From an uncultured Flavobacteriaceae bacterium (GTDB lineage: Bacteria > Bacteroidota > Bacteroidia > Flavobacteriales > Flavobacteriaceae), in contig CAWWAC010000006.1 in assembly GCA_963934855.1 (NCBI GenBank), positions 3,188-67,187 of the forward strand: a stretch of DNA of 64,000 nucleotides. The letters run 5' to 3'. Of this stretch, positions 18,320-27,237 are shown one piece after another. The first letter of the stretch is position 1. Each line of letters starts with the position of its first letter. The notes beneath the pieces were generated by a model. That model was not told the origin of the DNA and did no database searches. It saw only the letters and a list, made by a program, of their open reading frames with translations. A program made the translations under genes and the position numbers.

Positions 18320-19219
18320 ATGAGTAAAAGAACCCTTGCCCTTTTAGCTGCCTTTGGTGCCACTACTATTTATGGTCTAAACCATACCATAGCAAAAGGA
18401 GTTATGCCTTACTATGTGCAGGCCTTTGGTTTTATTATGCTCCGGGTAGGAGGTGCAGCCATCTTATTTTGGGTGCTCTCATTTTTTAGACCGGCAGAAA
18501 CCATAGACAGAAAAGATTGGAAGGTCATGTTGGCCGCTACTTTGTTGGGTATGGTAATTAATATGCTCTCATTTTTTAAAGGTCTTTCTCTTTCTACCCC
18601 AATTAATAGCGCCGTTCTAGTAACTATTACACCTATTATAGTAGTGCTTTTATCTGCCTTGTTTCTAAAAGAGACAATGGGCTGGAGAAAAATAAGTGGC
18701 ATTGGTTTGGGCTTTGTTGGAGCCCTAGGACTTGTCCTTTTTGGCCATGAGGTAAGGCAAGACGCACCCAACATATTTTTAGGAAACCTACTCTTTATTT
18801 TGAATGCTACCTCTTATGGAGCCTACCTTATTGTGGTGAAATCTCTCATAAAAAAATACAGCCCCATTACCCTTATGAAATGGCTTTTTACATTGGCTTT
18901 TATTATTAATTTCCCCATTACAATTGTGGAGTTTAACCAAATTAAGTGGGAGGGAATGCCAATAGAAATATGGGGTGCCATAGGTTTTGTAATATTTGGA
19001 ACCACTTTTTTAACTTATCTTTTTAATGGTTATGCCCTCACCGCTTTAAAAGCTTCTTCAGTAGGTGCTTTTGTATACCTGCAACCTCTTATTGGTATTC
19101 TATACGCTGTTTTTACAGGAAAAGACCAGCTAAGTCCTGTAAAAATAGCTGGAACAATAGCTGTATTAGTTGGGGTTTACTTGGCCACTTCTAAGTTTCA
19201 GAAGGAGGTAAGTGATTAG
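18320..19219 (+). CDS. DMT-superfamily (EamA-like) transporter
   Basis: About 10 predicted TM helices in two halves, a typical EamA duplication. ATG at 18320 is preferred over the TTG at 18311. Confidence 0.85.
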   Translation: MSKRTLALLAAFGATTIYGLNHTIAKGVMPYYVQAFGFIMLRVGGAAILFWVLSFFRPAETIDRKDWKVMLAATLLGMVINMLSFFKGLSLSTPINSAVLVTITPIIVVLLSALFLKETMGWRKISGIGLGFVGALGLVLFGHEVRQDAPNIFLGNLLFILNATSYGAYLIVVKSLIKKYSPITLMKWLFTLAFIINFPITIVEFNQIKWEGMPIEIWGAIGFVIFGTTFLTYLFNGYALTALKASSVGAFVYLQPLIGILYAVFTGKDQLSPVKIAGTIAVLVGVYLATSKFQKEVSD

Positions 19220-19679
19220 GCTTTTTTGCAAATTTTCTAGTGTCTCCTTTAGTTAAAATCCTATAATCTGCCGCTTTTTCAATTTGGTCAAAAGCATCTT
19301 TAAACACTTTAGGCAATGCTGTAAGTGCTCTAGATTCCAAGTCTATCCATGCCCCCATCATCTCACAATGTGCAAAGTTTTGTCCTTTGTAGTCATAAAA
19401 ATTGTGTTGGAACTCAAAGAACATTCCGTCTTGGCTAAGTCCTTTTAACTCTAAGGATACTTGTATGGGTTTTCCAGGAAAAGCCTCCTTAAAATAATAA
19501 ATGTGCTCATAAAAAACCACAGGGCCTATTTTGTATTGGTCCATAGTGTTTTGATTAAACCCACATTTTATTAGGAATCCCATACGAGTATGACTCATAA
19601 AATTTAAATAAGAAGCATTTGCTAAATGCTTATTAGCATCTAGATCGCTCCAACGAATATCAAATGATTTTGTGTACAT
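19191..19679 (-). CDS. Acyl-CoA thioesterase (hotdog fold, 4HBT/YbgC-like)
   Basis: 162-aa ORF. N-terminal IRWSDLDANKHLANASYLNF pattern is typical of hotdog thioesterases. The 3' end overlaps the convergent EamA gene by 29 nt. Confidence 0.75.
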   Translation of the reverse strand: MYTKSFDIRWSDLDANKHLANASYLNFMSHTRMGFLIKCGFNQNTMDQYKIGPVVFYEHIYYFKEAFPGKPIQVSLELKGLSQDGMFFEFQHNFYDYKGQNFAHCEMMGAWIDLESRALTALPKVFKDAFDQIEKAADYRILTKGDTRKFAKKPNHLPPSET

Positions 19680-19712
19680 TTATAGTAATTTTATTATGCA
19701 TGCATAAGACAT

Positions 19713-19720
19713 CAAAAGTA
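19713..19720 (-). promoter_or_regulatory. -7 promoter box (TACTTTTG) upstream of thioesterase gene
   Basis: Exact TAnnTTTG on the minus strand, 34 nt upstream of the ATG at 19679. Confidence 0.35.
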
Positions 19721-19761
19721 CCATTGTTTTAATAAATGCCCTAAGCTATCTAAAAAAAAGT

Positions 19762-20736
19762 ATGTCTCAAAAAGCGCCCTTTATTGACACCCTACAACTC
19801 CCTGTTGTAGCAGCACCCATGTTCCTTATTTCTAATCCTAAAATGGTTATTGAATGTTGTAAAAAAGGAATTGTGGGTACTTTTCCGGCACTCAACCAAA
19901 GAACCAGTGAAGGCTTTGAAGCCTGGCTTATAGAAGTAAAAGAGGGCTTAGCCAATTTTGAAAAAGAAACAGGTAAAAAAGCCGCTCCTTATGGAGTAAA
20001 TTTAATTGTTCACCCTACCAATCCAAGATTAGAAGCAGATGTAAAATTGTGCATGAAACATCAGGTGCCCCTCATTATTACTTCACTGGGGGCCGTTTCT
20101 ATGGTGGTAGACGCCATACACTCTTACGGTGGCTTGGTCTTTCATGATATCATTAAAAAAAGACATGCAGAAAAAGCCGCAGAAGCAGGAGTAGATGGAT
20201 TAATCCTAGTAGCTGCTGGTGCTGGGGGTCATGGTGGCACTCTAAACCCAATGAGCCTTATAGCAGAAGTAAAAAGCGTCTTTAATAAGACCCTCCTACT
20301 TTCTGGTTGTATTAGCACAGGTGGTGATGTAGCCTCTGCCATTCAGATGGGTGCAGACCTTGCGTATATGGGAACTAGATTTATTAATACCCATGAGAGC
20401 ATTGCACCAGAAGAATACAAAAAAATGATCATAGAGGCTGGATCTAATGATGTGGTATACACCGCTGCTATTTCTGGGGTACATGCTAATTTTTTAGGTG
20501 CCAGTTTAAAAGCAGCTGGTATTACTGATGAAGACCTAAAGAAAGATGTTAAAATAGATTTTGGAAAAGAATTAGATACTGAGGCAAAAGCTTGGAAAAC
20601 CATCTGGTCTGCCGGTCAAGGCGTGACCACCATTCAAGACAGCCTCTCTGTTTCAGAATTAGTAGACAGATTAAGGTCAGAGTTTTTAGCAGCTTTAGAA
20701 AAGCAAGCAAAGACTTTAGAAAAATACCAATTATAA
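19762..20736 (+). CDS. Nitronate monooxygenase / FMN-dependent NMO-family oxidoreductase
   Basis: 324-aa TIM-barrel ORF with NMO-family motifs (VAAPMFLIS, GAGGHGG, AYMGTRFI). Confidence 0.85.
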   Translation: MSQKAPFIDTLQLPVVAAPMFLISNPKMVIECCKKGIVGTFPALNQRTSEGFEAWLIEVKEGLANFEKETGKKAAPYGVNLIVHPTNPRLEADVKLCMKHQVPLIITSLGAVSMVVDAIHSYGGLVFHDIIKKRHAEKAAEAGVDGLILVAAGAGGHGGTLNPMSLIAEVKSVFNKTLLLSGCISTGGDVASAIQMGADLAYMGTRFINTHESIAPEEYKKMIIEAGSNDVVYTAAISGVHANFLGASLKAAGITDEDLKKDVKIDFGKELDTEAKAWKTIWSAGQGVTTIQDSLSVSELVDRLRSEFLAALEKQAKTLEKYQL

Positions 20737-20766
20737 AATAACGAAAAATCTGAATTTGATTTTCAT

Positions 20767-20795
20767 AAGCCACCTTAAAAAAGCGGCTTTTTCTT
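20767..20795 (+). terminator. Probable Rho-independent terminator after NMO-family gene
   Basis: Stem AAGCCAC/GCGGCTT (one mismatch), 9-nt loop, followed by TTTTC. It lies 31 nt after the stop at 20736. Confidence 0.4.
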
Positions 20796-20867
20796 ATCTT
20801 CGTAATTCATTTATTTTTCACAACCCTTGCCAAGGAAAATAGCCTTGTGCTCAATTATTTAATAACT

Positions 20868-21347
20868 ATGAAAAAAATATTATTAATGTTTACAGCAGCA
20901 CTTTTTTTAGGAAGCTGTGGAGAGAAAAAAGAGAAAGAAGAAAGTGGTTTTCAAATGAATAGAACCAAAAAAGAAGTAAGTAGCAAAAAAGTAGCTGTGG
21001 AAATTCCGGTAGACCTTTCTAACAAAGGTATTGGCCCAGTAAAAAACATTACTATTTCAAAGAGTTTAGATTCAGATATGGTGTCTTTAGGTCAAGAAAT
21101 TTTTGAAGTAAAATGCACTGCTTGCCATATGCCAAACCAGCGTATGATTGGTCCAGCCTTGGCAGGTATTTTGGAAAGAAGAAGTCCAGAATGGGTGATG
21201 AATATGATTATAAACCCTACAGAAATGATCCAAAAAGACCCCATTGCAAAAGCATTACTTTTAGAGTACAATAATGCTATTATGCTAAACCAAAATGTAA
21301 ATCAAGAGGATTCTAGAGCTATTTTAGAGTATTTGAGATCTCTGTAG
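20868..21347 (+). CDS. c-type cytochrome lipoprotein
   Basis: Lipoprotein signal MKKILLMFTAALFLGSC and a single haem-binding CxxCH (CTACHMP). ATG at 20868 is preferred over the GTG at 20847. Confidence 0.85.
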   Translation: MKKILLMFTAALFLGSCGEKKEKEESGFQMNRTKKEVSSKKVAVEIPVDLSNKGIGPVKNITISKSLDSDMVSLGQEIFEVKCTACHMPNQRMIGPALAGILERRSPEWVMNMIINPTEMIQKDPIAKALLLEYNNAIMLNQNVNQEDSRAILEYLRSL

Positions 21348-21375
21348 ATTTTATAACAGATCAAAAATACGTCCT

Positions 21376-23751
21376 ATGCGTTTTTACCATGGCCTCTTTT
21401 TAGCTGTTTTTTTATTTGGTTACCACTCTCTGAAAGCTCAGGAAAAATATACCCTGAGTGGTATTATTTCTGAAGCCAGTAGCAATGAAACCCAAATAGG
21501 AGTGACCATTGCCATTCCAGAATTAAAAACTGGAGTCATTACAAATGAATACGGTTTTTACTCTATTTCAATTCCAGAAGGCTCCTATGACATTCACATT
21601 AGCTACATAGGGTTTCAAAGTATTATTAAAACTATTAGTCTAGATAAAAATCTAAAAATTGATTTCCAACTAATAGAAGCTGTTGCCCAGTTAGATGAAG
21701 TCATTGTAAGTGAGGATATAGAAAAATTAAATATCCGAAAAGCCCAAATGAGCGTAAATGCTTTGACCTCTGCCAGCATAAAAAAAATCCCAGTCATCCT
21801 AGGAGAAGCCGATGTTATTAAATCCATCCTTCTTCTGCCTGGTGTAACCAGTGCGGGAGAAGGTGCTTCTGGTTTCAATGTGAGAGGGGGCGCAGTAGAC
21901 CAAAATTTAATTTTATTAGATGAGGCCATTATATTCAACTCCTCCCATTTATTTGGGTTCTTTTCTATTTTTAATCCAGACGCTATTAAGGATGTTAAGC
22001 TTTATAAGGGGGGTATTCCAGCCCGCTATGGGGGTAGGATTTCATCTGTTTTAGATATTTATCAAAAAGAAGGAAACAGCAAAGATTTTAAAGTAAACGG
22101 TGGCATTGGAATTGTGGCTAGCAGACTGCTCTTAGAAGGACCTCTAGAAAAGGACAAAGGAGCTTTTTTAATAGGAGGTAGGGCCTCTTATGCTCATTTG
22201 TTTCTAGCCCTAGCAAACAATGATAATAAGGCCTATTTCTATGACTTAAACGCTAAGTTAAATTATAAGCTAAACAGCCGCAATAATATATATTTATCAG
22301 GATACTTTGGTAGAGACCTTTTTGGTATTTCAGAAAGTTTTATAAATGTATACGGCAATACCGTTGCCAATTTTAGATGGAACCATTTGTTCTCAGACAG
22401 ACTATTTTCTAACCTTTCTCTAATATACTCTGATTATTATTACGGCCTTGAATTAGACCTCATTGGCTTTCAATGGGATTCTGGTATAAGAAATTTCAAT
22501 CTTAAATATGATTTTAAGTATTACCTGTCCAGCAACTTTAGTCTTAACTATGGTATAAATAATATTTATTACAAATTTAATCCTGGTGAAATTAAACCCA
22601 ATAGAGAAGACTCTGGTATAGTTCCTGCTAAACTTATAGACAAATACGCCAATGAATTTGGTGTTTATATAGAGTCAGAACACAAGATTACAGAAAATTT
22701 AAGCGTTCAATACGGACTGCGTTGGAGTCATTTTAACCGTTTAGGACAAGACATTTTTAAGGTGTATCGAGATAATAATCCCGTGGTTTTCAATGAAGCC
22801 TTTCAAATTTATCAGGGTGCAACTCCCGTGGGGTTTAATAATTTAAGCCGCAGTAAATCATTGGCGAGCTTTAATAATTTTGAACCAAGGTTAGCCATGT
22901 CATACCTGCTTAATACAAAGAGCAGCATCAAGGTCAGTTATAATCACATAGCCCAATACCTTCATTTGCTTTCCAACACAGCATCTCCCACTCCTTTAGA
23001 TGTTTGGACACCGAGTGGTCCCTTTGCTAAGCCCCAACTATTAGACCAATATGCACTGGGTTATTTTAGGAATTTTATGCAAGGTGATTACGCTTTTGAA
23101 ACCGAGATCTTTTACAAGGATATAGACAACAGAATAGATTACATAGACGGCGCTAATTTAATTGCTAACAACAGTATAGAACAAGTCATTTTAACTGGAA
23201 CCTCAAGGGCTTATGGCCTAGAGTTATTACTGCAGAAAAACAGTGGGAGATTAAGGGGTTGGCTGGCTTATACTTGGTCTAAGTCTGAACAGCAAACCCC
23301 AGGCCGGACGGCAAATGAATCTGGTATAAATGGAGGTGAATGGTACCATACCCCATTTGACAAGACCCATGACATTTCACTAAATAGTTCCTTTGAGCTA
23401 AATGAAAAATGGAGTTTTAACAGTAATTTTTTGTTTCAGACAGGGCAACCTACCAACTACCCCATTGGCCAGTATGAGCAACGAGGATTCACCATCCCCC
23501 TTTTTGGGCCACGCAATGAACAGCGGCTTCCAGCTTATAGCCGTTTAGATATTTCTGCTAGCTTAAGTCCAAGGAAAAACAAGGATAGAAAATTACAAGC
23601 AGAATGGACTTTTGGCATTTACAATCTCTACAACCGCAGAAATGCGGCAGCCATAAATTTTAGGACAAACACAGATTCTGGAAATAATGAGGCCATACGA
23701 ACTTCCATATTTGGAATGGTACCCTCTGTTACCTATAATTTTAAGTTTTAG
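21376..23751 (+). CDS. TonB-dependent receptor with carboxypeptidase-regulatory-like N-terminal domain
   Basis: Signal peptide (…YHSLKAQ). CarboxypepD_reg-like segment (YTLSGIISEASSNETQIGVTIAI). Plug motif (GASGFNVRGGAVDQNLILLDEA). Barrel ending ...VTYNFKF. Confidence 0.9.
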   Translation: MRFYHGLFLAVFLFGYHSLKAQEKYTLSGIISEASSNETQIGVTIAIPELKTGVITNEYGFYSISIPEGSYDIHISYIGFQSIIKTISLDKNLKIDFQLIEAVAQLDEVIVSEDIEKLNIRKAQMSVNALTSASIKKIPVILGEADVIKSILLLPGVTSAGEGASGFNVRGGAVDQNLILLDEAIIFNSSHLFGFFSIFNPDAIKDVKLYKGGIPARYGGRISSVLDIYQKEGNSKDFKVNGGIGIVASRLLLEGPLEKDKGAFLIGGRASYAHLFLALANNDNKAYFYDLNAKLNYKLNSRNNIYLSGYFGRDLFGISESFINVYGNTVANFRWNHLFSDRLFSNLSLIYSDYYYGLELDLIGFQWDSGIRNFNLKYDFKYYLSSNFSLNYGINNIYYKFNPGEIKPNREDSGIVPAKLIDKYANEFGVYIESEHKITENLSVQYGLRWSHFNRLGQDIFKVYRDNNPVVFNEAFQIYQGATPVGFNNLSRSKSLASFNNFEPRLAMSYLLNTKSSIKVSYNHIAQYLHLLSNTASPTPLDVWTPSGPFAKPQLLDQYALGYFRNFMQGDYAFETEIFYKDIDNRIDYIDGANLIANNSIEQVILTGTSRAYGLELLLQKNSGRLRGWLAYTWSKSEQQTPGRTANESGINGGEWYHTPFDKTHDISLNSSFELNEKWSFNSNFLFQTGQPTNYPIGQYEQRGFTIPLFGPRNEQRLPAYSRLDISASLSPRKNKDRKLQAEWTFGIYNLYNRRNAAAINFRTNTDSGNNEAIRTSIFGMVPSVTYNFKF

Positions 23752-23755
23752 AAAT

Positions 23756-24571
23756 ATGAAAAGAATCCTCTTTTTTATATCTTTTTTAACCCTCTTATCT
23801 AGCTGTGAAGATGTGATAGAGGTATCTGTGCCTAATTCTGAACCAAGATTGAGTATAGATGCTCATTTTAATCTTTTTACAGATGAAAACCCGCTGCGTT
23901 TAGAAGGTGGCGTACGTTTAACTCTAACCGCAAATTACTTTAACAATACTGTCCCTTTGGTTAAAGATGCAACTGTTTTTATTACTGATCTATACACTGC
24001 CAACCAATACCCATTAATCTACAATCCTTCTACCGAGTATTACACCCCAAAAAACCCAGAGATTCTGATAAATTATGACACTCAATACAGGCTTACAGTC
24101 ATTTATAAAGAAGAAGTGTACCAAGGCGTGTCAAAATTTATTTCTGTAGCTCCTATAAGTTCTGTCATTCAAGGAACAAAGACTTTGTTTGAAGGAGATG
24201 AAACAGAAGTTATTGTTTCATTTAAAGATGACGCAGCCGCTACTAATTATTATCTCTATGATTTTGGTTTTAATATTCTAAGACCTATTGAAGATCGTTT
24301 TTTCCAGGGGCAAGAATTTGTGTTTTCCAACTTCTATAGTTTAGATGAGGTTAGGCCAGGCCAAAGTATTACAATAAAAGCCTTTGGTATAGAAAAACAA
24401 TACTTCACATATATATCATTAATACTTCAACAGACTGGCAATGGGGGGCCTTTTCAGCCATTACCTGCTACTACCAGAGGAAATATCATAAATACTACAG
24501 CTTTTGATAATTACCCACTTGGCTACTTTTTAATTTCTGAAGCGTATGAATCAGACTTATTAATAAAATAG
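23756..24571 (+). CDS. DUF4249-family lipoprotein (partner of the preceding TonB-dependent receptor)
   Basis: ATG at 23756 gives lipoprotein signal MKRILFFISFLTLLSSC. It starts 5 nt after the receptor stop. Size and pattern fit DUF4249, which is typically adjacent to this receptor type. Confidence 0.75.
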   Translation: MKRILFFISFLTLLSSCEDVIEVSVPNSEPRLSIDAHFNLFTDENPLRLEGGVRLTLTANYFNNTVPLVKDATVFITDLYTANQYPLIYNPSTEYYTPKNPEILINYDTQYRLTVIYKEEVYQGVSKFISVAPISSVIQGTKTLFEGDETEVIVSFKDDAAATNYYLYDFGFNILRPIEDRFFQGQEFVFSNFYSLDEVRPGQSITIKAFGIEKQYFTYISLILQQTGNGGPFQPLPATTRGNIINTTAFDNYPLGYFLISEAYESDLLIK

Positions 24572-24694
24572 TCAAGGTCGCTTATTTGAGGCTAGGTATT
24601 TGTTTAAAAAACAACAACTATTCGTAAAAAACATATTTTGCTTAAAGCGCTTCATTAAAAGGGCCTACTTTTTTTAAGCTGTAAAATTCGGGGT

Positions 24695-26221
24695 CTAAGT
24701 GTTTGTTACTACCTTGTAGGTAGGGTCTTCTAAAACATTGACCTCTATAATGGCATCGGCATTGCGCAGCAAGGCTTTACAATCTTGGCTTAAGTGCTTT
24801 AAATGTACCTTTTTACCAACCTTTACATAGCGCTCTGTTATTTTGTTGAGCGCCTCTATGGCGGACATGTCAACCACCCTGCTTTCTTTAAAGTCAATAA
24901 TCACCTCTGCAGGATCATTTAAAACGTCAAACTTCTCGTTAAAAGCAGTAATGGAGCCAAAAAAAAGAGGTCCATATATTTCATAATGCTTTACACCCAT
25001 GGCATCTGTAGTTTTTCTAGCTCTAATGCGCTTGGCGTTGTCCCAGGAAAAAACTAAAGCAGAAATAATCACACCCACTAAAACGGCAAGGGCTAAATTG
25101 TGTAAAAATACGGTCACTAAAGTGACCAAAATCATGACCAATATGTCAGATTTTGGCATTTTATTAAAAGTCTTTAAGCTGGCCCATTCAAAGGTTCCAA
25201 TGGCCACCATAATCATAAGACCCGTAAGTGCTGCCATGGGCATTCTCTCTATAAAGCTAGCGCCAAACATAATAAATACCAAGAGCATAATAGCGGCTAC
25301 AATTCCAGATAACCTAGCCCTAGCGCCGTTAGAGGTGTTAATAAGACTCTGACCTATCATAGCGCAGCCTCCCATTCCTGAAAAAACACCTGACAAAATA
25401 TTGGCTGTTCCTTGCGCTATGGCCTCTTTATTTCCGTTCCCTCTGGTTTCTGTAATTTCATCTACGATATTAAGGGTCAGTAAACTTTCAATAAGTCCTA
25501 CTCCTGCAACTATAGCTGCAAAAGGGAAAATAATACTCAAAGTCTCTAAGGTCAAAGGAATTTCTGGGAGGTGAAAAGGAGGAAAACCTCCTTCTATTGA
25601 GGCAATATCTCCAATTGTCCTAGTGTCTATTCCCAAGAAAAATACCAACCCAAAAACAGTTAATATAGCTACTAAAGAAGCTGGAATAGCCTTACTTAAT
25701 TTAGGTAGCCCCCAAATAATAATCATGGTTAGAGATACTAAGCCAAGTAAAACATATAAACTCTGACCTGTTAGCCAGTCTCCGTTGACGTCTTTAAACT
25801 GTGCCATCTGAGACATAAATATAATAATGGCAAGGCCATTTACAAATCCAAAAATAACTGGATGTGGTACTAAGCGCATGAGTTTTCCTAGTTTTAAAAA
25901 GCCTGCTAAGGCCTGCATGATTCCCGCTAAGATAACGGTGGCAAATACATATTCTACTCCGTATTCATTTGCTAAAGACACAATAACAATCGCCACTGCG
26001 CCTGTTGCTCCTGAAATCATTCCTGGACGCCCCCCAAAAATAGCAGTCACTAAGCCCACTACAAAGGCAGCGTATAAACCGGTTAAAGGAGAAAGTCCTG
26101 CAATTAGAGCAAAGGCTATGGCTTCTGGCACCAGTGCTAAGGCCACAGTTAAACCAGAAAGCACTTCTGTCTTGTAATTTATTTTTTGGGAGAAATCAAA
26201 AAGATTGAAAATTTTTTTCAA
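24695..26221 (-). CDS. SulP-family inorganic anion transporter with C-terminal STAS domain
   Basis: 508-aa ORF. N-terminal SulP pattern (SGLTVALALVPEAIAFALIAG...GGRPGMISGATGA), many TM helices and a STAS-like tail. The only in-frame start after the upstream stop is TTG (26219-26221). Confidence 0.9.
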   Translation of the reverse strand: MKKIFNLFDFSQKINYKTEVLSGLTVALALVPEAIAFALIAGLSPLTGLYAAFVVGLVTAIFGGRPGMISGATGAVAIVIVSLANEYGVEYVFATVILAGIMQALAGFLKLGKLMRLVPHPVIFGFVNGLAIIIFMSQMAQFKDVNGDWLTGQSLYVLLGLVSLTMIIIWGLPKLSKAIPASLVAILTVFGLVFFLGIDTRTIGDIASIEGGFPPFHLPEIPLTLETLSIIFPFAAIVAGVGLIESLLTLNIVDEITETRGNGNKEAIAQGTANILSGVFSGMGGCAMIGQSLINTSNGARARLSGIVAAIMLLVFIMFGASFIERMPMAALTGLMIMVAIGTFEWASLKTFNKMPKSDILVMILVTLVTVFLHNLALAVLVGVIISALVFSWDNAKRIRARKTTDAMGVKHYEIYGPLFFGSITAFNEKFDVLNDPAEVIIDFKESRVVDMSAIEALNKITERYVKVGKKVHLKHLSQDCKALLRNADAIIEVNVLEDPTYKVVTNT

Positions 26222-26301
26222 ATGGAATTATTTAGGGTGTTTAGATACTTTATCTATTCTTTAATGAAAAGTATTCATAACCTCTCCTTTAAAACAAGGG
26301 C

Positions 26302-26309
26302 CAAAAATA
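26302..26309 (-). promoter_or_regulatory. -7 promoter box (TATTTTTG) upstream of SulP gene
   Basis: Exact TAnnTTTG on the minus strand, about 80 nt upstream of the TTG start at 26221. Confidence 0.35.
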
Positions 26310-26408
26310 CTATTTTTAAGTGGAACGGGCACTTATAATGAGCAAAGAGGGCTGTTAAAGAGTGCTTGCAACCAATTTAGGAGCTGTTTTAGTTCAATAT
26401 TAGAAATG

Positions 26409-26437
26409 AAAAAGCCCTAGATCCTCATCCAGGGCTT
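26409..26437 (-). terminator. Orphan Rho-independent terminator-like hairpin in SulP upstream region
   Basis: Stem AAGCCCT/AGGGCTT (26412-26437) with an extra inner GA/TC pairing. It is followed on the minus strand by UUUUU. The nearest upstream minus-strand CDS ends about 200 nt away. Confidence 0.5.
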
Positions 26438-26462
26438 TCTAATCAACTAATTCTAACCTAAA

Positions 26463-26470
26463 CAAAACTA
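26463..26470 (-). promoter_or_regulatory. Orphan -7 promoter box (TAGTTTTG)
   Basis: Exact TAnnTTTG on the minus strand, about 25 nt upstream of the orphan terminator hairpin. Confidence 0.25.
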
Positions 26471-26640
26471 TAATATTTAATATATTCTAGCTCTATAAAC
26501 ATATATCAAGTTTCATGCCAAAAATGGCAACAGTGTGGTTTTTATAGCAAACACTTTGAATTATATCTAAAATAAATTTGGTGAGATTATGAAATATTAT
26601 AGAAAAAGCAGCCTTTTGAAGGTTGGAAGATTCTATTTAA

Positions 26641-27237
26641 TTAAAAAGCAATGATGTCTTGTGTGATTAAAATAGGGCTCTCATTAAAAGGCATCATGGC
26701 ATTAATCCTTTTAAAGTGAGAATAAAGCTTTAAGTCTTCTGGGCCAATCTCTTTTAGGTGAATGATCTTTTTTTCTAGCAGTAAACTTCTCTGAGTTCCT
26801 TTGAGTATAGGCAATACAGGAGTTACCCAATGTTTTCCGTCAAAAAAAACCAAGTTAGAATAGCTGGCGTCTGTAATACGCCCGTATTTTATCATAATAA
26901 TATCTGAAGCGTGACTCTTTGCCAAAAGAGTATTTATTAGACCTCTGTCTTGAAATTTGTAAGAGTATTGCAGAAGGTCTGCGGCTACTAATTCTATTTG
27001 GCTGGGTAATTTTGGCCTATAAGCTAGAAGTTCACTAAAATACAGCCCGTCTAAACTGTATTGCAGCCTCCATTTATAAAGTCCATTGGCAGGGAAAGAG
27101 ATGCTTTTTTGAATCTCCTTTAAAAAAAGTGCCTGGCCATTATGGTCTCTTAAGCAGCTGTCTACCCTTTGTTGGTGGGCGTCTAAAGAAATCACTGCCC
27201 CGTCTAAAACTCTAATACTTTCAAAAAATGGGTACAT
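26641..27237 (-). CDS. Aminotransferase class IV-fold protein, probable aminodeoxychorismate lyase (PabC-like, short form)
   Basis: 198-aa ORF overlapping the stop of the pabB-like gene by 17 nt. Class IV fold-like pattern, with function inferred from operon context. Confidence 0.6.
   Translation of the reverse strand: MYPFFESIRVLDGAVISLDAHQQRVDSCLRDHNGQALFLKEIQKSISFPANGLYKWRLQYSLDGLYFSELLAYRPKLPSQIELVAADLLQYSYKFQDRGLINTLLAKSHASDIIMIKYGRITDASYSNLVFFDGKHWVTPVLPILKGTQRSLLLEKKIIHLKEIGPEDLKLYSHFKRINAMMPFNESPILITQDIIAF

Noticed and set aside
23687-23755. N-terminal extensions in the ORF track, at 1180-1233, 3793-3831, 7935-7964, 13901-13936, 17386-17451, 18311-18319, 20847-20867, 23687-23755, 28172-28207, 28288-28308, 38624-38650 and 52006-52032.
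   Set aside because: The extensions I checked begin at GTG or TTG (for example 1233, 18311, 20847, 28207, 28288 and 52006), while others such as 38650 begin at an upstream ATG. Many overlap the preceding gene. In each case a downstream ATG gives a proper signal peptide or the conserved family N-terminus.
26222-26338. 38-codon plus-strand ORF (MELFRVFRYFIYSLMKSIHNL...) in the SulP upstream gap. A similar ~48-codon ORF starts at 35691 upstream of the fructokinase-like gene.
   Set aside because: They are short, have no promoter box in the right orientation and no recognisable features, and they overlap leader regions of well-supported genes. They are most likely chance ORFs.
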